64,000 nt of DNA. It comes from a virus. Where the stretch lies: positions 1 through 64,000 of IMG/VR virus record IMGVR_UViG_3300025853_000045, one strand, 5' to 3'. This document shows positions 40,817-52,300 of the stretch, in pieces; position 1 is the stretch's first letter; every line of letters starts with the position of its first letter. The notes beneath the pieces were generated by a model that worked only from the letters and a program-made list of their open reading frames with translations, was not told the DNA's origin and searched no databases. The translations under genes and the position numbers were made by a program.

Positions 40817-42042
40817 CCTATTCCACCTCTCCTGACATACAAGTCGTATGCGTGTGCGCCCCATCGCGTCGCATCGTCATCAGGGTCGGTCTCGGTTGGA
40901 CCTGTTGGATTTGATGTCTCCCCACCTGACGAATTCGGTGTGGACGTTTTATCTTCTTTATGCATCATGCGTCGCAACAAACGATTCAATTTGTCCATCA
41001 ACGTTCGATATTCAATCCTATCGCGAGGTGATATACCTACCTTGACTTTCTGTGCGCGTCCTTTCATGAATTCTTCGGAAGCGAGAATCGAATCCGCACC
41101 ACCCGCAAGTGAAGTTGCTTCTGTCATTTCTTGACCCATTGGTGTTGGTGCTGTGCGCGGTTGCCGAGTTGCTTTGCTGTGCAACTTCTTACGACCGCGA
41201 CCGCGAGGTGGTTTTGTCAATCGAGACATCGGAGACATCGTTGGGATAGGCGGTGTAATGTCCTGCGTTGGTTGTGTTTGTCGAATTTGTTGTCGTGCCG
41301 CTTCCGCTTCGCGTTGTCGTGGGTCAGGATATGCTTGTTTAGCACGCGAACGGCCTGTCGCACCACCGACACGGATAAATCGGGTTGGCTGACGGTATGT
41401 GTATCCTGTTCCAAACGAAGCATACGGAGCGCGAGCGGCAGAAAGGGCTGACATACTCCCCATCTGTCGAACGTTTCCTGCTTTGAGCGGAATACCGCTT
41501 CCTTTTCTTCGCCTTCGACGCTTGAGTGATTCGACGGTGACGTTTTTCCTCGCTTTACGCTTCTTACCTGTTTTCGCTCTCGCTCTCGCTCGTATTGTTG
41601 AAATCGTCGTTGTCTTCTGTGGTTTTTCGTCGTCGTATTTTGGCTTGTCGCGTTTTTTGCGAATCATTTCAAACGCGTCGTCGATGTAATCCGTCGTCGA
41701 GAGCATGATGTTCGCACCGAGACCACTCGCGTTCGGATTCGCACCGTCGATAGCCTCGCTTTGTCCGACCTGTCCTGTCATTTGACCAAGTTCAGCCTGT
41801 TGCTTCATATCGCTGTCTTCTTCATCGTCAGGATTCTTTTGAGGAATCTTAATTTTCATATGTTGAAGACCTTGCAATTTGCGTGCGCGCTTATCTTGTT
41901 CTTCACGCTTCTTTGCATCGTGAAGTGCGCGCTCTTCGGAGTCTTCGCGACCAACCGATGAATCTTCTTGCAATTCTTCCGCGCTTTGACGCGGATTGAA
42001 TCGAAAACCTGCGGTGCTTCCTGTTCCCGCAGTTCCAACCAC
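40813..42042 (-). CDS. Hypothetical Arg/Lys-rich protein (409 aa)
   Basis: Acidic N-terminus, then IDDAFEMIRK followed by a highly basic region. Confidence 0.7.
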   Translation of the reverse strand: MVGTAGTGSTAGFRFNPRQSAEELQEDSSVGREDSEERALHDAKKREEQDKRARKLQGLQHMKIKIPQKNPDDEEDSDMKQQAELGQMTGQVGQSEAIDGANPNASGLGANIMLSTTDYIDDAFEMIRKKRDKPKYDDEKPQKTTTISTIRARARAKTGKKRKARKNVTVESLKRRRRRKGSGIPLKAGNVRQMGSMSALSAARAPYASFGTGYTYRQPTRFIRVGGATGRSRAKQAYPDPRQREAEAARQQIRQTQPTQDITPPIPTMSPMSRLTKPPRGRGRKKLHSKATRQPRTAPTPMGQEMTEATSLAGGADSILASEEFMKGRAQKVKVGISPRDRIEYRTLMDKLNRLLRRMMHKEDKTSTPNSSGGETSNPTGPTETDPDDDATRWGAHAYDLYVRRGGIG

Positions 42043-42710
42043 TATTCGTCACCGCCCATCAATTTGTTACGAAGGCGCGCCCATACTTCAGGGCTTTCTT
42101 TCGCCAATTCAACTTTGAGGATGTTGATGGTTTGAGCGTTCATGGTTTCGTTCGTGCTTCCTGCCGCACGTTCTTGGACGCGCACGATGTCTTTCACCGT
42201 CTCACGCACTTCTTTGTGTAACGAAACAATGTTACGAACGTATTGAGGGTCGTTGCGGTCAGCATCGTCAAGAAAGTGACCTAATTCACCGTTGATTCGT
42301 GCTAAATTGTTACGCAAAGACTCCATCTCCTGCCCTGCTTCAACGATGATGAGGTCAGCCGCACCTTTTTGCACAACAGGCTTGAGGTGGTGTTTAAGAT
42401 GATGATATACGTTTGATTCAGGAATTTGGAGGTCGTCAGCGATTTGTTGGGTTGTCATTGATAAGTTGAAATACGCTTGCTCAAGGTTTTCGCGCTTTGG
42501 AGAAGTGCAAAAACCGCATTGACTGTTGCTCGCCATGTGATACTCGCCCATATGGTTACGAAAATGACGGTCAGCCGTTCCTTCACGCCATCCCATATCA
42601 CTATCCATATCTTTCGCGGTCATCATTCCGCTCTTCATCATCTCTTCCAAAGAGTCGCGACCCTCGTCCTGACAGAATTTGCAAGAAGCACGCGATATAC
42701 GCTCCGCCAT
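42042..42710 (-). CDS. Probable terminase small subunit or Zn-HTH DNA-binding protein (222 aa)
   Basis: Two tandem CxxC...HTH...HxxxH repeats (CKFC...RHFRNH; CGFC...HHLKHH) then a coiled coil; first gene of the unit leading to terL. Confidence 0.5.
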   Translation of the reverse strand: MAERISRASCKFCQDEGRDSLEEMMKSGMMTAKDMDSDMGWREGTADRHFRNHMGEYHMASNSQCGFCTSPKRENLEQAYFNLSMTTQQIADDLQIPESNVYHHLKHHLKPVVQKGAADLIIVEAGQEMESLRNNLARINGELGHFLDDADRNDPQYVRNIVSLHKEVRETVKDIVRVQERAAGSTNETMNAQTINILKVELAKESPEVWARLRNKLMGGDE

Positions 42711-42735
42711 AGCAAAGACCAAGTAGCCGTATCAA

Positions 42736-43056
42736 ATGAGTGTTTCTATGCGAGAGAGGCTTCGTCGTTCACCTAAAATAGCAGGTGTTCCGCTTTCAAA
42801 GAATACAGCAAAGAGTCTTTCTCGCGCCGCTATGGATATTATCAAAAACAACAAGGCTGACCTCACAGAACGAGAGCGTCGTTACAATATATGCCAACAA
42901 TGCCCTGAACGGCGACACGACCGATGCGGATTGTGTGGTTGTTTTATCAAAACAAAGACGATACTGCTCAACAGCGAATGCCCTATTGGTAAATGGTCAA
43001 CCTTGTTGTCCGAGTCGTCGGTAAATCATTCCCGTCGCGCTGAACGAGACGAATAG
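42736..43056 (+). CDS. Small Cys-rich protein, DUF6171-like (~102-106 aa)
   Basis: RRYNICQQCP....RCGLCGCFIKTKT.L....CPIGKW. Family name recalled, not searched. Confidence 0.7.
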   Translation: MSVSMRERLRRSPKIAGVPLSKNTAKSLSRAAMDIIKNNKADLTERERRYNICQQCPERRHDRCGLCGCFIKTKTILLNSECPIGKWSTLLSESSVNHSRRAERDE

Positions 43057-43230
43057 TGCGCCGATAACCCAACTTAAGTCGGTTGAAGTCATTTGTGGTC
43101 CTGAAAAGACCAAGATAAGAAAGCAACCAAGCGTCAATGTGATAAGTTGAACCATAATCATGTCAACAATAACTGATTTGCGCAAATTTGTCATATCGCT
43201 GATGGTCGTGTATAGCGAAGAGATGTCCAT
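42997..43230 (-). CDS. Small two-TM membrane protein, holin-like size (77 aa)
   Basis: GGAGGT ribosome site before MDISSLY; two hydrophobic helices; basic C-terminus. Confidence 0.7.
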   Translation of the reverse strand: MDISSLYTTISDMTNLRKSVIVDMIMVQLITLTLGCFLILVFSGPQMTSTDLSWVIGALFVSFSATGMIYRRLGQQG

Positions 43231-43231
43231 A

Positions 43232-43813
43232 TCATCGACCTCCTGCCATTCCGCGCATGAACGAACCGATGCCACCACCAACGTTCTGTAACATGCCGGG
43301 GTCCGCGAGAGCGTTATCCAACATACCTTGTAACGAACTTTGGTTTGCGATTTGCACCATTTGTTGGAATTGCATGTTTGTTTGTTGAACATTGTTGGAT
43401 GCTTGATTGAGTATTTGCGTTTGCGCCATCGTGACGCTATCAGCAGTCGGTAATCCCTGCACACCGCTAAAATCGAACGTATATCCGTTGTCCTTTTCGA
43501 CCAATTTCGCGTTTGATAGCATTGTGTGGACAGAAACAGCAACAAGACTGCTCAAAAGCGAGATAAGCATGTTCATATTTGCGCCGTTGTTGTCCGATAA
43601 CCACTTGTCGATGAGAGGATTGCTTGTTATCATCGCGGACAAAATATCCATTTCTGACGGTGGTGGAGGTGGCGCATAGGGGTTGTATCCCCCATTTTGC
43701 GTTCCATTCGTGATTTGATACGGAACTTGTTGCTGTCCGCTCGGTAATCCGAGATTCAACGCGCCATTTTGTTGTTGCGCGGGTTGGTTATTGTTGCTAA
43801 AAGGCCACACCAT
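43232..43813 (-). CDS. Q/N/P-rich protein with amphipathic segments (193 aa)
   Basis: MVWPF start, YAPPPPPSE, hydrophobic MLISLLSSLVAVSV, C-terminal GIGSFMRGMAG. Confidence 0.7.
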   Translation of the reverse strand: MVWPFSNNNQPAQQQNGALNLGLPSGQQQVPYQITNGTQNGGYNPYAPPPPPSEMDILSAMITSNPLIDKWLSDNNGANMNMLISLLSSLVAVSVHTMLSNAKLVEKDNGYTFDFSGVQGLPTADSVTMAQTQILNQASNNVQQTNMQFQQMVQIANQSSLQGMLDNALADPGMLQNVGGGIGSFMRGMAGGR

Positions 43814-43822
43814 GATACAACC

Positions 43823-44704
43823 TCACGCTACACCATCATTTGATTCTGTCGGTAAAGGAAGAGGGGCGGTTTGTTGCTGTGCTTGATGTATCGCGAGCGC
43901 ATCAAACAACAACCGCGCATTGTTCCCTGCTTGAAATTGACGCATATCAAACACAATCATCACTAAATCATTCATTCCTGTCGCGGTATTGGTTAAATGT
44001 GTGACAGGAATGTTATCTTGTTTGAGCATTTGAAAGAATGGCTCATATTTAGCGAGTATTGGAGGTGTGTTGTCCTTCTTTTTGATGCTACTGATTGGCA
44101 CAGCAACGGTCGAAACACCCTTTTTCAACTTCGCTTTAAGCGTCCCACCGCTCGCTTCCTCTTCTTTCTCGTCTTCTTTCTCCCATTTCGTCAACAAATG
44201 ATACAAATGAAGGTGTTCAGGGCAGTATGTTGCGCGCAATTTACGCCCACTTGTGACTTTTTCGCGTGCTACAAAGGCTTCAACCTCGCCTGTTACAGGG
44301 TTTTTGAAGTACAAATCCCACAACGTTTGACCTGTTTCTTCGTCTCCAACCTGCTCGTAAATGTTCCCTGCATGTCGTAAAAGGTGTTCAACATCGCATC
44401 CGTCAACGCAACATCGCATTGTGTTGGTATTGTAACGATATTTACCGCCCCAAATGCGTTTGAGAGAGAAAATTGACCTTTTTGTGGGTTTCAAGAGGCG
44501 ATATGCTTGCTTTATGTCCTTTCTTCGCGCTTTTTTGGGGTTTGGGTGCTGTGAAGGGTAAAAATTGACCTGCGGAACTTCGATATGTTGGCTCGCATTG
44601 CTCATCGCGGCCTGTGCGGATGCCTGTTGTTGCATCTGTGCGAGGCTCATTTGTGTCTGTGCGGCGAGGCGTAAGAGGTCGTTTTGAGGGGTATTACCAA
44701 GCAT
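43823..44704 (-). CDS. Hypothetical protein with probable Zn site (293 aa)
   Basis: Q-rich N-terminus; CCVDGC...YCPEH. Confidence 0.7.
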   Translation of the reverse strand: MLGNTPQNDLLRLAAQTQMSLAQMQQQASAQAAMSNASQHIEVPQVNFYPSQHPNPKKARRKDIKQAYRLLKPTKRSIFSLKRIWGGKYRYNTNTMRCCVDGCDVEHLLRHAGNIYEQVGDEETGQTLWDLYFKNPVTGEVEAFVAREKVTSGRKLRATYCPEHLHLYHLLTKWEKEDEKEEEASGGTLKAKLKKGVSTVAVPISSIKKKDNTPPILAKYEPFFQMLKQDNIPVTHLTNTATGMNDLVMIVFDMRQFQAGNNARLLFDALAIHQAQQQTAPLPLPTESNDGVA

Positions 44705-44708
44705 TTTA

Positions 44709-45431
44709 TCACCAATTTAGCATTTCAATCAACGTTTTTTCCACATTCCAACCAATTTTCGTCGCCATCATGCTAACGCGACACGGAATACCTGCTTTTT
44801 GAAGCCTCCGCATGGCAGGACGGTGCGAATCGAACACTTTATGCTCGCGTAATCGGTTGGATTGCCACAAAATGTTCGCATTATCATCCCACCACTCGTC
44901 CGCTTTGTTCGCGACGAGCCATATTTGCTTCGGAGCGTAGCGTTTTCCGCGCAATCTTGTCAATAATGAGCGGTATCTCCACCGTTTTTCAATCAACGAG
45001 TCGGTGAGATACTCAAAACCACCGATTGCGTCAATAACTTCGGCTCCTTGTCCTTTCAAGACGCGCGTATCTGTCATAAATATGACAATTTCGACTTGTC
45101 GGTCAACCATATCGTCAATCCACAAGTTCCAAAAGCGTTGCTGACCGCCAATATCAGACGAATGTACCACTCTTTTCTCCCCCTGCCATCGAATTCGCTT
45201 TCGCGTGGCTTTTGGTAAGACGTATCCGCCACCGATAAGGCGTTTTGCGTGCATTGTGCGGTCTTCGATGTCGTCCATTTCACCCGGAGTGCGCATAAAT
45301 TGGTCGAGCGTGGTTTTTCCAACGCGAGTTGGACCGTAAACACCAATCCTGCGTGGTTTTACGAAGTTATACAACTCCTTACCGTAAACAATCGCGCCCA
45401 TAAGTGCGCTTCCTGCTACTGTTCCGACCAA
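44709..45431 (-). CDS. Small Ras-superfamily GTPase, Arf/Sar-like (240 aa)
   Basis: G1 GPTRVGKTT, candidate G2 Thr (DRT), G3 DIGGQQRFWNLW, VIFMTD, G4 LVANKAD, G5-like MATK.G.NV; hydrophobic N-terminal helix. Confidence 0.9.
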   Translation of the reverse strand: MVGTVAGSALMGAIVYGKELYNFVKPRRIGVYGPTRVGKTTLDQFMRTPGEMDDIEDRTMHAKRLIGGGYVLPKATRKRIRWQGEKRVVHSSDIGGQQRFWNLWIDDMVDRQVEIVIFMTDTRVLKGQGAEVIDAIGGFEYLTDSLIEKRWRYRSLLTRLRGKRYAPKQIWLVANKADEWWDDNANILWQSNRLREHKVFDSHRPAMRRLQKAGIPCRVSMMATKIGWNVEKTLIEMLNW

Positions 45432-45668
45432 TCATTCCACCCATCCGCGTATTTTATTGAAAAACCACTCAACTGTGTTCTCCCAAATGCTTACATCGGT
45501 TGCTTGTTCAAACCATGATACACCAAGAGCCGTTGAAAAACCAACGATGATGCATAAAACCAACGCTTTACCGCGTTCGTAGTAAGTGTCGAGTGTGTTT
45601 TGAGTATGTAAAGCGCGCAACGTTGCTTCCGTAGCATCATCTGATGGGGTTTTGAACAACCAACCCAT
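45432..45668 (-). CDS. Small single-TM membrane protein (78 aa)
   Basis: GGAGTGA ribosome site; ALVLCIIVGFSTALGVSWF; amphipathic C-terminus WENTVEWFFNKIRGW. Confidence 0.7.
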   Translation of the reverse strand: MGWLFKTPSDDATEATLRALHTQNTLDTYYERGKALVLCIIVGFSTALGVSWFEQATDVSIWENTVEWFFNKIRGWVE

Positions 45669-45673
45669 AACGT

Positions 45674-46195
45674 TCACTCCTTTTTCTTGTCTTTCGCGTA
45701 TGTCCCGTCAGCGTTTCGCTTACGACCACCGCTCAAATTAAGTGGTTCTTTCTTTTTTGCTTTGTGTTGAGGCGCGTCAGGCTCATAATCAACATTCATC
45801 AAATCGAGATACTGCTGAACTTCGGGGTCTTTCTCCAACTCTTCAAGTTGTTTCGCGAATGCGACCTCTTGTTTCTTGATTTCAACGTCCATTTGAGCCT
45901 TAGCAAACCGCATTTGTTGGTTTTGCATCTGTCGTGTCATGCTTCGTTGCATGTTTGAAATAACAGCGCGCTGGTCCATACCATCTTGTGCTATCATCTT
46001 GTAAATAAAATACGACATGCCCTGTAATGTGAATGCGCCCATCATGTATGTTATCGCGTTTGTTTGTGTTGAATCATCTTTCAGCCATAGCCCTGCGTCA
46101 AAGACTGCAATCGCGGCTCCAACGAGTATAGCGACGAAAGAAATCAGTCCGAATACTCTCAATTCATCTTTATTTTGTGGCGTTCGCTCTTGCAT
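45674..46195 (-). CDS. Two-TM membrane protein with cytoplasmic coiled coil (173 aa)
   Basis: GGAGGT ribosome site; two hydrophobic helices followed by a Q/K/E coiled coil. Confidence 0.75.
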   Translation of the reverse strand: MQERTPQNKDELRVFGLISFVAILVGAAIAVFDAGLWLKDDSTQTNAITYMMGAFTLQGMSYFIYKMIAQDGMDQRAVISNMQRSMTRQMQNQQMRFAKAQMDVEIKKQEVAFAKQLEELEKDPEVQQYLDLMNVDYEPDAPQHKAKKKEPLNLSGGRKRNADGTYAKDKKKE

Positions 46196-46257
46196 ATCAA
46201 ACAACCTCCATACATACCGCGTGACGCGAGCGATACATAAGCATGTTGATTCACCTC

Positions 46258-46327
46258 TTTATTGATATTATCATATTATTATTACAACAATATAGTATAT
46301 TATCATTATAAGAAAAATATGATATTA
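46258..46327. promoter_or_regulatory. AT-rich intergenic island upstream of the GTPase cluster
   Basis: About 70 bp almost devoid of G/C, far more AT-rich than the flanking genes. Confidence 0.55.
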
Positions 46328-49300
46328 TTGAGAATCATCTTCTCCCAATTGCGGCACGTTCGGTCGAGGGAAAAGTTGGAATTGCGGCAACCCTGCCGTT
46401 TCAAGTTGCTGTTGTGGTGTCATTGGGATTCGCGGTGATGGCATTTGAGATACCGTCGTTGGTTGCTTTTGCGGTGCGACAGGAGGCGCAAGTGATACAG
46501 GGCGTTGTGCTGTTGATTGTATCGGCGTTCCCGCGTGCCTTCGGTGCGCTATCGAATCGTATATATGTAAATCATCGAAGCGACCGTGTTGCCATGTGGG
46601 GTGGAAACCGTTGATGCCTTTTATCACGTTTTCAAATTCTTTCATTTCGGCTTGATTCAATTTTCCTTCTGATGCCGCTTGCGACACCTCTTCGGCTGAC
46701 GCGAATCCACCCTTTTCCATCAAGTCCATCATTTTTTGGTCATAAACGACATTTGGCGTATATTCGTGTTCAGCCACTTTCCACATCAAGTCGTGCATTT
46801 GTTTGTCTTGTTGTCGCGCTTCTTCGGATGCGCTGTAATTGACAGCGACGCTTTCTTTGAAGACTTGTTGCGCGTTTGGAATGGAGTGCGGTGTTACGTC
46901 GGCAGGTTTAGCGTCGTTCAAAATTTCTTCTTTGAAATCATCACCTTTCAAACCTGCAACCTTTTTCGACATCGTTAATTTCTTTTCCATATCGTTCTCA
47001 TCTTGGAATCCTAACATTCGCGCGGCTTCGTTGTAGGCTTGAGTCATGAGGGGGGTATCGTTTTGTATGAGTGTCAGGAAGTTACCCGGCGACATGCGCG
47101 TGTCAGCCGACAATCCAACTCTTTTGTTCGCGGACACAATCTTTTCGTGCAATCCAACGTGGGACAATCCGTCGTATTCTTCACACAACTGTTTCAAACC
47201 TGTCAAAAGCGCGAATTGATGCCACATTGGTTTGACTGCGTTTCGGACTTCTGCATTGTATTCCGCGTCTAACCCTTTTCGCTTAACAGGGCCGTGAACG
47301 TATTCTCCTTCCTTTAAATCGCGTGAGAAGTATAAATTGCGCTTCGATTGTTTCATTTGATTTTTAATTTCGTCAGTCCATGTAGGTTCGGCTGATGACG
47401 TCTCGACATTTTCAAAATCGACTCTTCGGTCAGCATCAAATCCGAATTCATCCAACAACGCTGACAAAGCAGGGTGCGACATCTTGGTCAGTTTTTGCTT
47501 CACCATCGGTGTGTATTTCACACCTTTTTCTCGCGCATCGTTGGCTTCTTTGTCATCAGCGCGTCCTGTGGTGACAAGATTCAACATTTTGTTGGCTTCT
47601 TCTTCGTCGAAGCCACTCTCGCCCGTATGACGATTCCATGCTTGAGTGAATTCAGGTGAGTGTCGGAACAAATGAAGAACGTCTTCGACGTCCATAACGT
47701 AAGGCTTACCTGCGTTCTTAGGATGAAAAATTTCTCTTAGCGACTCAAACGGTGTTTGAAAACGCCCATGTTCATAGATGAGTGAACTATATTCCGAAGG
47801 ATTGTCTCCCCTTAATCGACCTTCTTTGTCCACGCTGAATTGTTGTTTTTCACTTCTTACAAGATGACGTGTCGCGTAATCGTGAAGTCGTTCCATTGCT
47901 TCCGACACTTCATGCTCTTCGTCTCCGTGAGACATGGATTTGTCAGGGTGGTTGAGAACCGTGTTGAGCAATTCAAGAACTTCATCTTTGTCTTGACCAT
48001 TTTCAATAGCCGTGTTCGCCATGTTACTTGCGCGCACTTCAATCATGTTTTCGTGATACGCTCTCATCAGCGCGTCACTCTTTACTTCGCTTTCAGGTAA
48101 TTGGTCGATACCTGCTGAATCTTGCGGTTGTTGTGCGAGCCGCTCAATTGCGTCTTCCATTGAAGCAGGAGCCATCTGACGAGGCGATGCGTCTTCTTCT
48201 CCTTGTTCGGCTCTAAATTGCGCAACAAGGTCTTGGAACGTCTTTTCTCTTCTTCGCGCTTCGTCTCCGCCACCGTAACGCTTTGCGTTCAATTCTCGGA
48301 TTGTTCCCATGTTGGTCAAAGGTGCAAACATACCTCTCGCGACGTTGTCTTTGAACACCTCAAGTGCCATACTTTTTGTCGAAGGGCGTCCTTTGACACC
48401 CATAACTCGACCCAACTTTTCTTGAAGTGTGTCGGTTGTAAACGATTTACCATGATGAGGATTGTGTCGTTCACCTTCATATGAGTGTTCGACACCATTA
48501 TCATCGACCATTGAATATCCCTTGAGCCAATCGTCGTCGTCAGGGTGAAGAATGCCGTGTCCGTGACATTGCGAACAAACACCGTCAGCACACCGTCCTG
48601 TGGGCGAATCTTCGTTTTCGTGGTCGCAATCAGGGCAAGTGACGTGATGATGTTCGTGTGGCTCTTTTCGCGAACCTTCAAAATTTTCTTTGTTTGGTGG
48701 GCGCAAGTGTTTTCTGATGTGTTCTCTCATCGCTTTACTTTGAGGGTGCGCGTTGCGAAGTAGTGGATTATGGGCGCGTATGTAGGATATTGCATCATTC
48801 ATAGTGACGGCTCGATTACCACCACACGTTCCGCACGCAGTCGCACCACCGCGAGAAAATGGCACGTCGAACGATTCACCGTTTTTAATTCGCTTAAGTT
48901 CTTCATCGGTGTAATGACTGTTTTGAATGGCTTTTGCAATCTCGTTTTCAGTCATCTCTTTTTCTTCTTCTTCTATGGTTTTGTTGCCCGTCAAAATATC
49001 CAAGCGCGCTCTTGTCATATCAGCCTCGTTGTATTGAGCATCAAGAATAGCGTTCATTTGTTTGCGCGAAAGTCCGCGCTTGTTGTATTTACGACTGTGG
49101 GCTTGCAACACAGCCATGTCAGAAAGATTTGGTAAGTGCTTGTTGTTGTCCATGAACGTGAGACCTGTTCCACCACTTGCGCCCATTTGACCCACCATGT
49201 ATTCGTCAGGTGCATACAAAGTTGATTGGCGCGTATTGCCCTCTCCGTCAGCCATGAAGACAGTCGAAAGAGGGAAGCCATCGTCGCCTGTGTAAAGTTG

Positions 49301-52300
49301 TTCACGCAACTTAAGAAGCATGTTGAGTTGCTTCTTTTCGTCTTTTTCTTTGAGAATAGGCGCGAGAAGGTTTTCGTATTTTTTCTTCTTTTCGTTGTAT
49401 GACATGCAATTGACCAATGCACCAAGCGCGTATTCGTTTCGTCGCTTGTTGTATTCTTCGTCGTTTCTGACGATTTCAGTCTTTGATTCAATGCCGCTTA
49501 TTCGATTCTTCATTCTCTTGAAGTAATCGGCAGGATTCTTCACACCATCCCTGAATGCTTCCTTTTCAAAGAACAACGTTTTACCTGCTTGGAGGAACGA
49601 GTTCTTAGGAACTTCGGTAAATCGAATTGCACCGCGCCCCGCCTCAACATTCTCAATCAACGGTTTGTCGAGAACGAGACGGTAATTTTCACCTTGTTTT
49701 CGCGGTGGGCGACTGTCGACGATGCGATAGGTCTGATTACTCAAGTGACTCAGCGACCCTACGGTGATTTGAGAGTCGCCAATTTTGATGTTATGAAGAC
49801 CCATAGCATATCGCGGAATCTCAATCTCTCTTTGCCCCATTTGAGCGTCCTGCACCATATCGACATGTCCGTCGCGTATAGCGTGCAATCTTTCGTTGAG
49901 TTCATCCGCGTGTTGTTGTGCTATCGCCGCCTTTTGTTGCATCGCGATTGCGTGTCCTTTAGGATTAACTTTTTCCTGCAAATTACCGCTTTCGACGCGC
50001 TTACCGAACTCTTTGTTCCACGCATCCATCGCGAGTTGATAACGTTCTTCGATACCACCCAAGTGTTCTTGAAGCATCTGATACCGACGCAACTTTGCTT
50101 CGTTCTTTTTGGCGAGATTGATGTCTTTGCTGTTGTTTACAATGAACTTCTTGATGTCGCTTCTTCCTTTGAAATCTTTGACTTTGTAATTGTATTTCTT
50201 TTTACCCTCTTTGTATTGGTATTTGCCGTCTTCGACGTCGTTCATAATCTCCAACGCTTCAACAAGACCACCCATTTGCGCGTTGAACAAATTGTCCAAT
50301 CGCAACTGTTCACGTTCTTCGTCGCCCATGAAATTTGAACCCGCAATATGTCCAATCGCGACACGTTGCGCGGCAGAACTTCTCGCTCCACCCATCGGTT
50401 GAATTTTTTCATCTTTGAATTTGATGCCCGGAAATTCAACGTCCAAATCTTCAATTTTTTCGTTGTATTTCAGCGCGGCTTTGCGTATTTGATTCTTGAT
50501 TTCTCGACGAACACCGTCGCGACCACCCTGATAGTATTTCGCTTTACGTTCCAATTTGCTTTTGAATGTGCTAAATTCAGTTCCTTCACCCAACACATGA
50601 TGTGCAATCTTAGCCAACGACGTTTTGCTTTCATCGTCAGAAAACAACGGAATGTATTCGTCTTCGTTCGTTAGTGTATTGAAGATGAAATCGAGTTGCG
50701 GAACCATGACACGCTTGTGTTTTATCGACGATGTGCGTGCGCCGTCGCGAGCCATCCTCGCCTCTTCAGGCGTCGACGATGAAAAATGCTTAGGGTGACA
50801 CGCAACACATTGCTCTTCATCGTCAATGATTTTTTCTTTGCGCTTATCAGGTAAGCCTTCCAATTCTTCTCCTTCTTTTGGTTTCGCGTTGTGATGGTCG
50901 ATGTGTCGCTTTGTTTGCGCTATTCTTTCTTCGTAGCGCGCTGTATTCTCAGCGTGTGCATCGTTCATTCGCTTGATAGCATACATTGTTCGCAACGCCG
51001 CACCTTTCGTTATGTCGCCGCCCAACTTACCAAACATGCTCGCGAATGCTTGGTCGAATCCTTCTTTTGTAAATCCTGAATTTGCATAGCGCGCTCCCAT
51101 ATCAGCAATGTCGATGGGGTCAATGCCGAATTGTTCAGCGATGTTGCGCAACTCTTCTGCGTCTCTCGCCGCTTTGTTGAGGAATTGTTGCGTGACCCCT
51201 GCTTCAAAACATGTGTTGTATCGCTCAATGTTCTTTTCAGATTGCTTGTTTAATGCTGATTCAGGGTCGTCAGCGTTTACTATTTGATTCATATTGTAAA
51301 TGTCTTCGGTGTTGAGATTCAAGTCCATAATTTCTTTTAACGACAGACCGCTTTTCCTCAACTTCCCTCTCACTTGAACAACGCGACGATTCGCTCCAAC
51401 CAAATCATCCATGAACTTCGATGCTTCTTTGATGATTTGAATTTCGTCGAGTTTATGATACGGGTGGCCTTCAGGGAAGTCATCTCCGTGAGGAATTTCG
51501 CTGAAATACGTCGGACGATAGTCTCCTGTGACGTCGTTCAACACTTGGTCGCGAAGGTAATTGTATTCATCTCGACCACCTTCAAACATGTCGTTTTCCA
51601 ACATGAAATCTAAATCGAGAAGACGGCTATCTTGCGCGACTGTTGCTTGTCCTCCACCACGTCTCGTTGATGCAGTATAACGCCCCAACTTGGTCTGCTT
51701 TACACCACCTTTCGTTCCTTTTACTTCACGTTGCATTTCTTCAACAGAAGGAAGATTGGCTGTTTCACCGCGCGCACTTCTATCTCCACCACGTTCAGTT
51801 CGCTCCTGCAAACCAACGTCTTTGATGTCGGCTGACACTCCCACTTCAGGCATTTTCGCTTTGCTATCCACTTCATCTCCCAACTGATACAGAATGCCTT
51901 CATCTAAAGCAGTAGCAAGAGCAGGGTGCGCTTCCATTTCATTATCGAATTGAGGCGGGTCGCGTGCAATTGCGCGTCGATTCTTTTCGCTGTTCGGTGC
52001 GTCTCCGCGTAAGAAAAATTCCGTCATACCATCAGGTGCGTTTGGTCGCGATTCCAACGTCACACCCATCTTACGCGCCTGTTCGTAAAACGAAGGCGTA
52101 ACGAAGTCGGGAGCCTTGATTGACGTTGCCGCACGACCAAAGCGTCCACCGCGTCCCGCAGTCCCGACAGCACGATTTTGTAGGAATACGCGCATGTGTT
52201 TGTTCAAATCTTCTTGAACCAACTGCACCGCTTCTTTGACGTCAGATAGACCTTCGTCCTTCGCTTTACGGTCAATCAACCGCTTCCATTTGTTCATTTC

